A stretch of 64,000 nt of DNA from Mytilus edulis (Eukaryota): NCBI RefSeq assembly GCF_963676685.1, contig NC_092344.1:31558001-31622000 (forward strand). Direction: 5' to 3'. The notes beneath the pieces are model-generated. The model saw nothing but the letters and a program-made list of their open reading frames with translations, did not search any database and had not been told where the DNA came from. This document shows positions 1 through 14,053 of the stretch, one piece after another; the stretch's first letter is position 1; the number at the start of each line of letters is the position of its first letter. The position numbers and the translations under genes are program-made.

Positions 1-37
1 TTGGTTGTAACTGTTCAAGTGGTTTCAGATGATTACA

Positions 38-43
38 TTTATT
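38..43 (-). promoter_or_regulatory. candidate polyadenylation signal (AATAAA) of WASH1
   Basis: TTTATT on the plus strand, about 115 nt beyond the WASH1 stop codon. Confidence 0.45.
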
Positions 44-158
44 TTTATCAGTGGATACCAATTGATAGTATTAACTCACACATGTCTTTTTTGGCAATGT
101 GGGCTAAAATAAATTCATTAATAAAAGTGTAATTGTGTGTTGTAAGTACAATAGTTCC

Positions 159-3100
159 TTAATCCCAATCTTCCTCTTCATCATGACCCCCTGGTGGTGC
201 AGGAGGAGCAGGTATTTTGGATGATATTTTGTCCATGACTGATCCACCACCTGTTGAGGGTGTATTGTCTGTTTTTTCACTTTTACCACTACCTGCGCCA
301 GATATACCTTTTCTCCTGCCAGTTAATCGATCTTTCAATGCATCCATTAAACTGACTTCTCCACCTCCAGAAGATTTGACCTTTTCTTTTTCTTTCTTTT
401 TGTCTGCTTTTCGTTCAGTAACAGCTTTAAGTTTAACTTTTCCTGATCCTCCTGCATTTCTAATGGCATCCATTAAACTTGATCTACCGTCCCCTCCTGT
501 CACTTCAGCAGGCACATCTTTAGGAGCAGGAGGAACAGGACCATCCCCACCTGGAGGAGGCGGTGGTGGTGGGGGTGGATGCATATCTGCAGGGGGAGGA
601 GGAGGAGGAGGTGGAGGGGGTGGAGCTCCAGCTGGTGGAGGAGGTGGTGGTGCTCCAGCTGGAGGAGGAGGTGGAGGAGCAGAATTAGCAGGTCCTGGTG
701 ATGGTACAATGTCAGGAACGGATGGAATAATGTCAGGTTCAGGAACTACTGATGGTAAATCAGGAATATTAGATCCAAACACTGAAGGTGCTATAGAAGG
801 TCCTTGGTCAGCACTGTATGATAAATCATCAGCAACACCTGAAAAATGAAACAAAAAATGAAAGAATTGATAGCATAAAAATAATTGCCAAAATGTGATA
901 TATGCTAACATCATTGTTCTTTAACTGATCAATCACATTAAAAAGTTTTGTGGATTACTGTGGATTCATTTATTTTCTTGGATATCAATTTTCGCGCATT
1001 AGGAAAAACTTGCATGTTCATCGATATTTAATTTTGTGGTTTTGCCTAAGTCTCCATACAAGGCTATAGAGTATTTGTCATTCGTTGAACATTTAATTTT
1101 GTGGTTCACCTGTACACACGTAATCCTCGAAAAATTGCTTCCCAACGAATAGTTATGAATCCACAGTATTCCTAAATTATAACCTGAATGACAGAAAAAA
1201 ATGTGAAATTTGCAGAAATTTGAAGTTTTATAGCTTTCTATACTGTACAAGTTTAGCTCATTGTTGAAAGCCACACATGTACAGTGACCATTTATTGCTT
1301 AATTCTTTGTATTTTGGAGAGAGTCTCATTTGCAATCATACCACATCTTTATGCTTCATATAACAGAACAAGAATGTGTCCATAGTACACGGATGCCCCA
1401 CTCGCACTATCATTTTCTATGTTTAGTGGACCATGAAATTGGGGTCAAAACTCTAATTTGGCATTAAAATTAGAAAGATCATATCATGGGGAACATGTGT
1501 AGTAAGTTTCAAGTTGATTTGACTTCAACTTCATCCCAAACTACCTTGACCAAAAACTTTAACCTGAAACTTGCACTATCATTTTCTACGTTCAGTGGAC
1601 CATGACATTGGGGTAAAAACTCTAATTTGGCATTAAAATTAGAAAGATCATATCATGGGGAACATGTGTAGTAAGTTTCAAGTTGATTGGACTTCAACTT
1701 CATCAAAAACTACCTTGACCAAAAACTTTAACCTGAAGCGGGATGAATGGACGGACGAACAGACGGACGAACAGCTAGAGGGACGCACAGACCAGAAAAC
1801 ATAATGCCCCTCTACTATCCTAGGTGGGGCATAATAAAAATACTGTCAAATAAATTAAGGTATTAATGTAGCTTCTCTTAAGTTTAATTTTATGAGTTTT
1901 GTTTAACATGTTTAATACACATACTTTAGATATTAACACTTTCACTTTTATTACAAACGTAGAAATACTTAACTTTTACAAATTTTTTTAAACAACAAGC
2001 GACAGGTTTTGATATCTTTATTACGAACTAGTTATCAACCCCAACATTGTGTAAAAATATTCTGAGTAGTTTGCCAAAATAGATGTATTCTTTTGTCTCA
2101 TAGTTCTATGCAGTAAAAGCATAATATTATGCAGTAAAAGATAATTTTGTTTGATAACATAAATACAAAATTATGTGAAAGCCCTTTGAATTTGTTTGCC
2201 CTTTCACTCTAACTCTTTGGGGTGGGGAGAAAATATGGCTCTGATCATGCTTCCTCCTTTGTAGACAATTTCAGAGCAGAATAAAAAAAGAAATATTTCG
2301 GCCTTGTTTCAAATCATAAATTGATTGAATTTTGATAGGAATATCAGATACAATGTGAATGATTAAACCACAACAGTCCAATCCTTCGATCAGTTTAATT
2401 GAGGTCTTTGAGCTGGCTTGTTTGTAACACTAGTAGTCCTTTGATAATATACAAAATGTATGTCATTCATTGTCATTTGACTTATTTCTTCTGTCGTTTT
2501 GCTAAGTTTCTTCTGTTACCTATCTTACATACGACTTCTTTTAAACTGTGCTTTATTGTTCGTATAATATTTCTGTGGTTTTTTTTCAATTGGCTAGAGG
2601 TATAGGGTAGAGTTGAGATTGCACCGAACATGATTAACCCTGCTGCATTTACCCGGTAGTGCCTGTAGTCTAGTGCAAAGTCCATTTTTATTGACCTAGT
2701 ACATTTTTGTTGAGGGGAGAGCTGAAGCCTGCCTCTTGGTGTAGGATTCACTGTTTGTGTTGAAGACACATAAGAGGTCTTTGGCAATTTGACTGCTCTT
2801 TGGTCAGTATGATGTCTCTTTGACACATTCCTTGTTTCCATTCTCAATTTTAATCATTACCTAAATTTAAAAATATGCTATACCAAAAATAAAGATTTGA
2901 AGGACAACTAAAATTGAGAATGGAAATGGGGAATGTGTCAAAGAGACAACAACCCGACCAAATAATTGGGTATAACTGCATGTTACATGTACAAATGTAC
3001 TAACACGACTAATAGATTAACATGTATAACATGTACCTAATAAGTTAGGAAGAAAATCTGGTACTGCAATCTCTGGAACAATTCCAATATCTGGCATATA

Positions 3101-4489
3101 AAAGTAATTCTCTGCTTGAAGCCTTTGCATCTCCTCTCGATGAGCAATAGTACTTGGAGCATCAGCTAACTCATCTTCCTCCTCTATGGCTGCTCGTGTC
3201 TTAGTCACTACACCAAGTGGATCTAACATCACATACTTTTTATATCTGTAAAAATAATTTAAAAAGAATTCAAACAGAACTTTTTTCTTGGCTAATACTG
3301 CTAAATCAATGCTTGATACTGATTTGGGTTAATGGTGCAAATATATCTATCTGATGAAAGGTTTATCAATAAAAGTACTTGATAACATTTAATAACTTAC
3401 TGTTGATAGATATGGAAATTCTTCTTTTCATGAGAACAACCATTTAGTTGTTTTTCTTCTTCAATGAATGTCATGAATTTGGAACAATGAATTATACATA
3501 TCATGCATATTAAGCTTAATTGAAAAAAAAAGTCTGAGCTGAGAATCACATGAAATTAGTTGATAAATGTTTGGGCTCCTTTAAAATAGTTTAATTTCAA
3601 AATAAAGTGATCATGGGTAGGAGTTATAAACCATGCCCATCACTATAGGTCGTGCATGTAGCATGTATAAGTGTTCTGTTCCCTTTCAATACAAAATTTG
3701 AGCTCTCATTTTTTACAGTGGATTGTAAACATTTTTTTGAGAAATCATATAACATAAGGTAATCATAAAATCAGCTACAGACCATCATGACTATTAACTA
3801 GTTGATCAAACTTCCAATGTTTAAAATTGATGCTCAAAATTTAAAATAAAGAACAGTGTTAACAGCAATGCAATAAATTCACATGTTATACAGGGTACAT
3901 TCTCATGATTCTAGTTTCTAATTTTGTTATTTTCTAGCATTACTTACAAATTTTCTGGAGTATTAAACAATAGAAGGGAACTAGTAGAAGTTACTGATTT
4001 TGGCAGTCGACCAAGACCTTCATGTACATTTTCACCTTCCTTTTTATTTTTCTTTGTATTGAACTGAACACTATAAAACTGCAATTTTTCCTTCAAAGTT
4101 TTATCATCTGCAGTTTTGTGCTTGGACTGAACTTTATAATGGGATCTCTGCACCTCCGTGAGACCATTAGTATTATGACTAGGAAAAAGAATTTTGTACT
4201 CTTCAAAGTTTTCTTTTCCAGGATATTTAGACAATGCAAATACTTTTGTTGCTTTATTACTTCCTCCTCTTATTTTATCCACTCTGGCTTGAGCTAGATT
4301 AACACGATCATTTATTTTTTGAAGTCTTGTTCGATTTTCTGTCACTCTTGAGCTTATCCTTTGAAAGACATCATTAGCCATCTTATTCAAGTATTCTAAG
4401 GAATCTGCTATCTGATGAATTGTTTCTTCCTTCCTAAGATCTGGGGGTACTCCCGGAACATTAAATGTTTGTTCAGACATTATAACCAT
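159..4489 (-). CDS. WASHC1: WASH complex subunit 1 (WASH1), three coding exons: complement(join(159..838, 3037..3245, 3948..4480 or 4489)), 473-476 aa
   Basis: Exon 1 is WAHD/WHD1-like ([18 protein letters not shown]...[11 protein letters not shown]). Splicing at GT 3947/AG 3246 restores [13 protein letters not shown], and at GT 3036/AG 839 restores [13 protein letters not shown]. The last exon has polyproline, a WH2 ([17 protein letters not shown]), a central helix ([18 protein letters not shown]) and an acidic end EEEDWD. The total length is divisible by 3. An acceptor at 4499-4500 implies an upstream non-coding exon. Confidence 0.95.
958..1166. mobile_element. TA-flanked MITE (Tc1/mariner-pogo-type ends) in a WASH1 intron
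   Basis: TA|CTGTGGATTCAT ... ATGAATCCACAG|TA terminal inverted repeats. Confidence 0.7.
1367..1834 (-). mobile_element. non-autonomous Helentron/HINE (Pearl/DINE-1-like) element H1
   Basis: Subterminal IR ATGCCCCAC/GTGGGGCAT, two ~167-bp central tandem repeats (about 1404-1737), a GGAC/GAAC microsatellite, a terminal hairpin and A-run (TT) junctions. Confidence 0.75.
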
Positions 4490-4740
4490 TTAAAAATGCT
4501 GAAAAACATAAATAAAATATACATTGTATGTAGCCATTTCTGGTACTGTTGATCCAGATCTGAGGATTAATTGTATTTTCTTTTGACATATTTCGATTTG
4601 GGTTTTGGTAATCATACAATATAAATTTGAAGATGTGCATGGTATGATTGCAAATAACTAAATGAGACAACTTTTCCCTAGAAACCAAATAATATAGAAT
4701 AACACTTATAGGTCACCATAAGACCTTTTACAATGAGAAA

Positions 4741-7700
4741 GTACAGGCTCTCAAGAGCCTGTGTCGCTCACCTGTTACTGTATTTACTGATGTCGGCCAT
4801 CTTGGTTGGTAGGCGGGGTCATTAGACACTTTTTTAAAAAAGATACCCTAGTAATGATTGTGGCCAAGTTTGGTTAAATTTGGCCAATAGTTTTAGAATA
4901 GAAGATTTTTGTAAAAGTAACAAAAATGACGAAAAGTTGTTCAATATTGACTATAAAGGGCAATAACTCCTTAAGGGGGCCTCTAACAATTTCACCATGT
5001 TGACTCATTTGTAGATCTAACTTTGATGAACATTATTGCTGTTTACAGTTTATCTCTATCTATAATAGTATTCACGATAATAACCAAAATCTGCAAAATT
5101 TCCTTAAAATTACCAATTTTAGGGCAGCAACCCAACAATGGATTGTCGGATTCATCTGAAAATTTGTGAGGGGATAGATCATATTCTGATGGACATTTAA
5201 ATCTGTGAAAGATTTGCCCTAAATGTCTTAGGTTCAAAGATATAAAGTAAAAACTGCATTTTACAACTATGTTCTAATATTAACTATGTCGGCCATTTTG
5301 TTTGGTAGGTGGGGTCATCTAACACATTTTTAAAACTATATACCACAATGATAATTGTGGCCAAGTTTGGTTAAATTTGGCCAAGTAGTTTCAGAGAAGA
5401 AGATTTTTGTACAAGTTACAAAAAATGACGAAAAAGTTGTTAAAAATTGACTATAAAGGGCAATAACTCCTTAAGGGGTTGACTGACAATTTTGGTCATG
5501 TTTGACTTATTTGTAGGTCTTACTTTGTTAAACATTATTGCTGTTTGCAGTTTATCTCTATCTATAATAGTATTCAAGATTATGAAGATAATAACCAACC
5601 AGATGCTACGCAGGGCGTAGCTTTATACGACCGCAGAGGTTGAACCCTGAACGGTTAGGGCAAGTATGGACACAACATTCAAGCTGGATTCAGCTCTAAA
5701 TTTAGATTGTGATTAAATAGTTGACACAGCATAGGTTTCTGACACAGAATGAATGTGTTCTAATGAACTTAAAATTTTTGTTTCTCTTAGAGCAATTCAC
5801 TATGCTGTTGAATATTAATCCTCTCAAAAAAATGTTTGAAGAAATTTTCTTTTTCATTTATGAAATTTCAAATGAGAAAAATTGAACCCAATTTTTTTAA
5901 TCACATCCCCCTTTCCCTTATTCCAAAACTAATCTCAATTAAAATTTCTAATGGAGTTTGCAACAATAACTACTCATTTAAATACATCATAAAATATTAA
6001 GATGTAAAAAAACAGCTTGTTATCACTGAATGGTAAAGATTATTTTAATTTATCAGTTGGTAGTAAAAAGTGAATATACATTGTATATTGTATATAACAA
6101 AGATTTAAGTTGATTCTGGACAAAGAAAGATAACTCCAATTAAAAAAAAATCTTGCTATTGCACAATATTTTGCAATTAGATATTTCTTGCTTACTATTC
6201 TGGACAAAGAAAGATAACTCTAATTAATTTTTTTTTTGATATTTCACAATATTGTGCAATTAGATATTTCTTGCCATTGCGCAATACTGTGCAATTGAAA
6301 AGACTTGCTATTGCACAATACTTAATATAATAATTTTAGATCCTGATTTGGACCAACTTGAAAACTGGGCCCATAATAAAAAATCTAAGTACATTTTTGA
6401 ATTCAGCATATCAAAGAACTTCAAGATTTCAATTTTTGTTAAAATCAGACTAAGTTTAATTTTGGACCCTTTGGACTTTAGTGTAGACCAATTTGAAAAC
6501 AGGACCAAAAATGAAGAATCTACATACACAGTTAGATTTGGTATATCAAAGAACCCCATTTATTCAATTTTTGATGAAATCAAACAAAGTTTAATTTTGG
6601 ACCCCGATTTGGACCAACTTGAAAACTGGGCCAATAATCAAGAATCTAAGTACATTTTTAGATTCAGCATATCAAAGAACCTAACTGATTCATTTTTTGT
6701 CAAAATCAAACTAAGTTTAATTTTGGACCCTTTGGACCTTAATGTAGACCAATTTGAAAACGGGACCAAAAGTTAAAAATCTACATACACAGTCATGACA
6801 GTTAGATTCAGCATATCAAAGAACCCCAATTATTCAATTTTGATGAAATCAAACAAAAGTTTAATTTTGGACCCTTTGGGCCCCTTATTATGTTGGGACC
6901 AAAACTCCCAAAATCAAACCCAACCTTTCTTTTATGGTCATAAACCTTGTGTTTAAATTTCATAGATTTCTATTTACTTATACTAACGTTATGGTGCGAA
7001 AACCAAGAAAAATGCTTATTTGGGTCCCTTTTTGGCCCCTAATTCCTAAACTGTTGGGACCTAAACTCCCAAAATCAATACCAACCTTCCTTTTGTAGTC
7101 ATTAACATTGTGTTTAAATTTCATTGATTTCTATTTACTTAAACTAATGTTATTGTGCGAAAACCAAGAATAATGCTTATTTGGGCCCTTTTTTGGCCCC
7201 TAATTCCTAAACTGTTGAGACCAAAACTCCCAAAATCAATCCCAACCGTTCTTTTGTGGTCATAAACCTTGTGTCAAAATTTCATAGATTTCTATTAACT
7301 TAAACTAAAGTTATAGTGCGAAAACCAAGAAAATGCTTATTTGGGCCCTTTTTGGCCCCTAATTCCTAAAATGTTGGGACCAAAACTCCCAAAATCAATA
7401 CCAACCTTCCTTTTGTGGTCATAAACCTTGTGTTAAAATTTCATAGATTTTCATTCACTTTTACTAAAGTTAGAGTGCGAAAACTAAAAGTATTCGGACG
7501 CCGGACGACGACGACGACGACGACGCCGACGCCAATGTGATAGCAATATACGACGAAAATTTTTTCAAAATTTGCGGTCGTATAAAAACTGCAAAATTTC
7601 CTTAAAATTACCAATTTTAGGGCAGCAACCCAACAACGGATTGTCGGATTCATCTGAAAATTTGTGAGGATATAGATCTTATTCTGATGGACATTTAAAT

Positions 7701-8131
7701 CTTGAAAAATTTGCCCTAAATGTCTTAGGTCCAAAGATATAAAGCAAAAACTGCATTTTACAACTATGTTCTAATTTTAGCCATGTCGGCCATTTTGTTT
7801 GGTAGGTGGGGTCATCGGACACATTTTTTAAACTATATACCACAATGATAATTGTGGCTAAGTTTGGTTAAATTTGGCCAAGTAGTTTCAGAGAAAAAGA
7901 TTTTTGTACAAGTTACAAAAAATGACGAAAAGTTGTTAAAAATTGACTATAAAGGGCAATAACTCCTTAAAGGGGTTGACTGACAATTTTGGTCTTGCTG
8001 ACTTATTTGTAGGTCTTACTTTGCTGAACATTATTGCTGTTAACAGTTTATCTCTATCTATAATAGTATTCAAGATAACAACCAAAAACTGCAAAATTGA
8101 CTTAAAATTGACCTTTCCAGTCAGGTGAGCT
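4741..8131 (-). mobile_element. HINE-like element H2 with ~540-bp internal repeats, interrupted by H3
   Basis: Begins with hairpin AGGCTCTCAAGAGCCT + GCTCACCTG and ends CAGGTGAGCT. The repeat text resumes (AACC-AAAAACTGCAAAATTTCC) on either side of H3. Confidence 0.75.
5597..7584 (-). mobile_element. HINE-like element H3 nested in H2
   Basis: Subterminal IR TATACGACCGCA/TGCGGTCGTATA, a (GAC)n microsatellite near 7500-7530, and ~250-bp and ~160-bp central tandem repeats. Confidence 0.8.
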
Positions 8132-8191
8132 AAAAATGTACAATGTAGCCAGCTATAAAAGGCCCTGACATGAAAATGGAAAACAATTCAC

Positions 8192-9863
8192 AACCAGGTG
8201 CTCCGCAGGGTGCAGCTTTATACGACCGCAGAGGTCGAACCCTGAACAGTTGGGGCAAGTATGGACAAAACATTCAAGCGTGATACAGCTCTGAATTTGG
8301 ATTGTGATCAAATTTTTGACATTACATGGTTTTTTTTACACAAAACAAATGTCAAGATTATACAAATCAATTAAAGATTTCTTCTTCAAACTTATTTAAA
8401 TCTAAAATTAAATAGTTGACACAGCATAGGTTTCTGACACAGAATGAATGTGCCTTTATTATGTGGTCTAATGAACTTAAAAAATTTGTTTTGCCTAAAG
8501 TTGAGCAATTCACTATGCTGTTTTGAATATTAATCCTCTCAAAAAAATGTTTGAAATTTTCTTTTTATTTATGAAATCTGAAATGAGAAAAATTTAACCC
8601 CCCCCCCCCCCCCCCCCCCCCCATGTTTTTTTTCACATCCCCGTTACCCTTTTTCCAAAACTGATATCAATTCAAATTTCTAATGGAGTTTGCAACAATA
8701 ACTACTCTTTTAAATACATCATAAAATATTAAAATGTAAAATAAAGTGCTTGTTATCACTGAATGGTAAAGATTGGTTGGTAGTAAAAGTGAATATACAT
8801 TGTTTATTGTATAAAACAATAAAAAAAACTTCATCAGCAACATTTTATATTGGCAAATTTCCAATGAAGTTATTTACATAAAGTTATTGGCAAATAAAAA
8901 TAGAAAATGACATCATAGTCATGTCTGGCAAATGTCCAACATACATTATCTAAAAACATTTTAGATAAGATAAGGAAAAAAAGCTTCTTCAGCAACATTT
9001 TATATTGGCAAATTTCCAATGAAGTTATTTACATAAAGTTATTGGCAAATAAAAATAGAAAATGACATCATAGTCATGTCTGGCAAATTTCCAACATATA
9101 TTATCAACTAATATTCTATACAAAGAAAGATAACTCCAATTGAAAATTAATTGCTATTGCACAATATTGTGCAATTAGATATTTCTTGCTATTGTGCAAT
9201 ACTGTGCAATTGAAAATTTCTTGCTATTGCACAATACTTGATATGGAATCCTGATTTGGACCAACTTGAAAACTGGGCCCATAATCAAAAATCAAAGTAC
9301 ATGTTTAGATAAAGCATATCAAATAAGCCCAAGAATTTAATTTTTGTTAAAATCAAACTAAGTTTAATTTTGGACCCTTTGGACCTTAATGTAGACCAAT
9401 TTGAAAACGGGACCAAAAATTAAGAACCTACATACATAGTTAGATTCGGCATATCAAAGAACCCCAATTATTCAATTTTTTATGAAATCACACAAAGTTC
9501 AATTTTGGACCTTATTCCTAAACTGTTGGGACCAAACCCAACCTTCCTTTTATGATCATAAACCTTGTGTTTAAATTTCATAGATTTCTATTTACTTATA
9601 CTAAAGTTATGGTGCGAAAACCAAGAAAATGCTTATTTGGGCCCTTTTTGGTCCCTAATTCCTAAAATGTTGGGACCAAAACTCCCAAAATCAATCCCAA
9701 CCTTCCTTTTGTGGTCATAAACCTTGTGTTAAAATTTCATTGATTTCTATTCACTTTTACTAAAGTTAGAGTATGAAAACTAAAAGTATTCGGACGACGA
9801 CGACGACGACGCCAACGTGATAGCAATATACAACCAAAAAATTAAAATTTTTGCGGTCGTATA
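8192..9863 (-). mobile_element. HINE-like element H4 (same family as H3)
   Basis: Same ends as H3 (AACCAGGTGCTCCGCAGG...TATACGACCGCA / TGCGGTCGTATA) and a (GAC)n tract, with different repeat copy numbers. Confidence 0.8.
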
Positions 9864-9868
9864 ATAAA

Positions 9869-11127
9869 AAACTAGAGGCTCTAAAGAGACTGTGTCGCTA
9901 ACCTTGGTATGTGAATATTAAACAAAGGAAGCAGATGGATTCATGACAAAATTGTGTTTTGGTGATGGTGATGTGTTTCACTCACAGTACATCTTACTTT
10001 ACTGAACATTCTTGCTGCTTACAATTATCTCTATCTTTAATGATCTTGGCCCAGTAGTTTCAGTGGAAAATGTTAGTAAAAATTTACAAATTTTATGAAA
10101 ATTGTTAAAAATTAACTATAAAGGACAATAACTCTTTAGGGGGTCAACTGACCATTTTGGTCATGTTGACTTATTTTTAAGGTCTTACTTTGCTGTACAT
10201 TATTGCTGTTTACAGTTTATCTCTATCTATAATAATATTCAAGATAATAACAAAAAACGTCAAAATTTCCTTAAAATTATCAATTTAGGGGCAGCAACCC
10301 AACAACAGGTTGTCCGATTCATCTGAAAATTTCAGGACAGATAAATTTTGACCTGATAAACACTTTTATCACATGTCAGATTTGCTCTAAATGCTTTGGT
10401 TTTGGATTTATAAGCCAAAAACTGCATTTTACCCCTATGTTCTATTTTTAGCCATGGCGGCCATTTTGGTTGGTTGGCGGGTCACACCACACATTTTTAA
10501 ACTAGATAACCCAAAGATGATTGTGGCCAAGTTTGGATTAATTTGGCCCAGTAGTTTCAGAGGAGAAGATTTTTGTAAAAGATTACTAAGATTTACGAAA
10601 AATGGTTAAAAATTGACTATAAAGGTCAATAACTCCTAAAGGGGTCAACTGACCATTTTGGTCATGCTGACTTATTTGTAAATCTTACTTTGCTGAACAT
10701 TATTGCTGTTTACAGTTTATCTCTATCTATAATAATATTCAAGATAATAGCCAAAAACAGCAAAAATTACCTAAAATTACCAGTTCAGGAGCAGCAACCC
10801 AATAACGGGTTGTCGGATTCATCTGAAAATTTGAGTGCAGATAGATCTTGACCTGATAAACAATTTTACCCTGTGTCAGATTTGCTCTAAATGCTTTGGT
10901 ATTTGAGTTATAAGCCAAAAACTGCATTTTATCCCTATGTTCTATTTTTAGCCATGGCGGCCATCTTTTTAAACTAGATACCCCAATGATGATTGTGGCC
11001 AAGTTTAGTTTAATTTGGCCCAGTAGTTTCAGAGAAGAAGATTTTTGTAAAAGTTAATGACGACGGACGACGACGGACGTCAAGTGATGGGAAAAGCTCA
11101 CTTGGCCCTTCGGGCCAGGTGAGCTAA
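9869..11127 (-). mobile_element. HINE-like element H5 (related to H2)
   Basis: ACTAGAGGCTCTAAAGAG start, ~480-bp internal repeats, GACGACG microsatellite and terminal hairpin GCTCACTTGGCCCTTCGGGCCAGGTGAGC. Confidence 0.75.
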
Positions 11128-11601
11128 TGATCACCCTAATTTATGTGCAAAACAATACTCAGAAGACAAATATATATATAGCAACATGAAATTTAAATAC
11201 TAAATTTATGTCTTCATTGCCTGTCCATGACATAAAAATACTAAATCCGTGGGATGTCAGATGTGTTTAAGCTTATTTTAGTCTCTTTATGCATGATTTG
11301 TTATTTTTGACTTTCTGAAATTATTTAACATATCACCCTTATTTTTATAGATCCAATTTATTCCTGCAGTGTACATTGTATGTTCACTTTTGTTAACATG
11401 GTTAATATGTCTTTTGATTGAATTAAGCTATTTCAAATGATATTTGTTGTGCATCTTTCTATGTTGTGATGTTACACTATTACTTCAAGTAAGGGTGACA
11501 GTTGGTACCTAAGAATCACTTAAAATTTAAACCAATTAGACGCTAACAATAGAAGAAAATGTCCCTTTTCACTAACAGTAATGGGCATTCATACCCTCAT
11601 A

Positions 11602-11719
11602 TAGTCCTACAAATAATTATGACGTCTTGAACGGCTATTATATTTTTTTCTTTGACGCCTTACATTAATGCAGGAAGGCGTCAAAGCAAAAATTTAAAAC
11701 AGCATAATTATTTGGACTA
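11602..11719. mobile_element. 118-bp hairpin micro-MITE with an 8-9 bp target duplication
   Basis: TAGTCC..AAATAATTATG / CATAATTATTTGGACTA, flanked by ACCCTCATA (11593-11601) and ACCCTCATG (11720-11728). Confidence 0.6.
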
Positions 11720-11996
11720 ACCCTCATGCATCATATATAAATTAACAATTACAGGACATTAAATATCCTCGTGTATTGTATTTTCGACCTACTAACATAT
11801 TTTTCCGAATTTCCCTGTTAGGTATGTTTGAACATAGACATACCTAATATTTTAAGAGTCGCTAGTATACTTGTGCATAAAATAATTGTATCGGAAATAT
11901 ATTTCGATCTTTAATTTATTTTTTCATTTGAGTTCATTAGATCGATGGCAACTTTGTTGACAAAAACAAGCGTCTTGTGTTTTCGACCTATCTAAA

Positions 11997-12921
11997 AACA
12001 AGAGGCTGTCACAACGACAGCAAACCGGATTTATTAACATTTATTTGTGTCCTGGCAATATCACAAGAACCATTACTGATGAATGGTGAAAGTGAAAATC
12101 GTCAATATCAAATTTGACCTCCATTTTGTCATCAGTATCAACATATTAAAATTTGAAAAGCTTAGATTGAATGGTTCATGAGTAAATGCAACAACGTGAA
12201 TGGAAACACCATTTTACGATCTTTCAAGAACCATAACTCCTGAACGGTAAAAGTCAAAATCGTCATTATTGAAATTGACCTCTATTTTGTCATCAGTAAC
12301 AACATATTAAAATTTCAAAAGCTTTGGTTGAATGGTTCATGAGAAAATGCACGGACACGACGGGAAACACCATTTTTCAATCTTTCAAGAACCATAACTC
12401 CTGAACGGTAAAAGTCAAAATCGTCATTATTGAACTTGACCTCCATTTTGTCATCAGTAACAGCATATTAAAATTTCGGAAGCTTTGGTAGAACAGTTCA
12501 TGCATAAATGCACGGACATGACTGGAAACTCCATTTTTCAATCTTTCAAGAACCATAACTCCTGAACGGTAAAAGTCAAATTCGTCATTATTGAACTTGA
12601 CCTCCATTCTGTCATTAGTAACAACATATTAAAATTTGGGAAGCTTTGGTAGAACAGCTCATGCGTAAATGCACGAACAACTCCATTTTTCAATCTTTCA
12701 AGAACCATTACTCATGAACGGTAAAAGTCAAAATCGCCATTATTGAACTTGACCTTCGTATAGTTGTCAGTAATAACATATTAAAATTTTAAAAGCTTTG
12801 GTTGAACGGTTCATGAGTTAATGCACGGACAACATTTGATTGCCGCCCGCCCGACCGCCCGCCCGCCCGCCGTACATCCCCAAATCAATAACCGACATTT
12901 TTGTCACAAAAATCCGGTTAA
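11997..12921 (-). mobile_element. HINE-like element H6 with about five ~160-bp tandem repeats
   Basis: AACAAGAGGCTGTC start, IR AACCGGATTT/AAATCCGGTT, AACCATAACTCCTGAACGG recurring near 12230/12390/12551/12703, and a (CGCC)n microsatellite. Confidence 0.75.
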
Positions 12922-13038
12922 AAACGGGTCAAAAGTCGGAAACGACATCTGGTACATATCTGGAATTGGTTATAAATTTGATACCAAAGTTTATATTAAA
13001 GTGTTAGAGGCGATCAAACTTATGACTTAAAGAATTAA

Positions 13039-13752
13039 GGTAGCACAATACAAAGATTTTTCATCCCCAATGAGACATCTTTAAACTGATGTAATTCCAC
13101 TCATCTTTCTTTAAATTTTATAAATGAGATACCAAAAGAAAGAAGAAGGATTAATCTTTCAAATTGTGATAATTTCATTATGACATAATTATTACATAAT
13201 TAATTATTATGTAATAAGTCGCTATATTGTGATGTCCACACTTAAATGAATTTAGCTTCTTTGTTCTTCATAGCATCCTAATTTTTTTTATAGATTCTTG
13301 CACAACACAGTTTGACCTCCAAAACTGTGTCTCAGATTTTTCCTATTGTATTTCATTCTCTCATAAATCTTCAATGAAGTTTACAAAATCAATTCATTAG
13401 AGACCACTAAATTCAATTGGGTATAAAATTTGTTCTATTGATGTTTTTGGAAATCTGAGACACAGTTTTGGAGGTCAAGCTGTGTTGTACAAGAATCTAT
13501 AAAATATTTTGGGATGCTATGAAGAACAAAGACGCTAAATTCATTTAAGTGTGGACATCACAATATAGCGACTAATTACATAATAATTAATTATGTAATA
13601 ATTATGTCATAATGAAATTATCACAATTTGAAAGATTAATCTTTCTTCTTTCTTTTGGTACCTCATTTATAAAATATAAAGAAGGATGAAATGAATTACA
13701 TCAGTTTAAAGTTGTCTGATTAGGAGTGAACAAATCTTTGTACTGTGCTACC
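13039..13752. mobile_element. foldback MITE with TTAA target duplication and GG..CC ends (Kolobok-type)
   Basis: TTAA|GGTAGCACA ... TGTGCTACC|TTAA, with ~300-bp inverted arms (13039-13339 vs 13451-13752). Confidence 0.8.
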
Positions 13753-14053
13753 TTAAATGGTTAAATATACAACTATAAGAGATAAAATATTATTTGATGT
13801 CTTTTTTGGACAAGTTGTACACCTTTCAGAATGAGGCACTTTGGAAGCCTTGTATATATGGTCTTGTATACATTCATGTTTTTGTTAAATACTTTGCTTA
13901 ATCCATTGTGAAAGTGAGGTTGGTGAGTATTGTCTGTAAATTCCAGACACTGTTTTTTCTGTAAATAAAATTTAACTGATATTTTATTTTTTCAGTAAAA
14001 AGCTGTAAGGAGCATGCGTATTTCCGTATTCAAATTAACTTTTAAGTATTACA

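Noticed and set aside
217-849. 210-aa Gly-rich plus-strand ORF
   Set aside because: It is the antisense shadow of the WASH1 polyproline exon.
6308-13030. Short ORFs within the HINE repeats, and the regular repeats as a possible CRISPR array
   Set aside because: The units are contiguous tandem repeats without unique spacers, there are no cas genes, the context is eukaryotic and the ORFs show no protein motifs.
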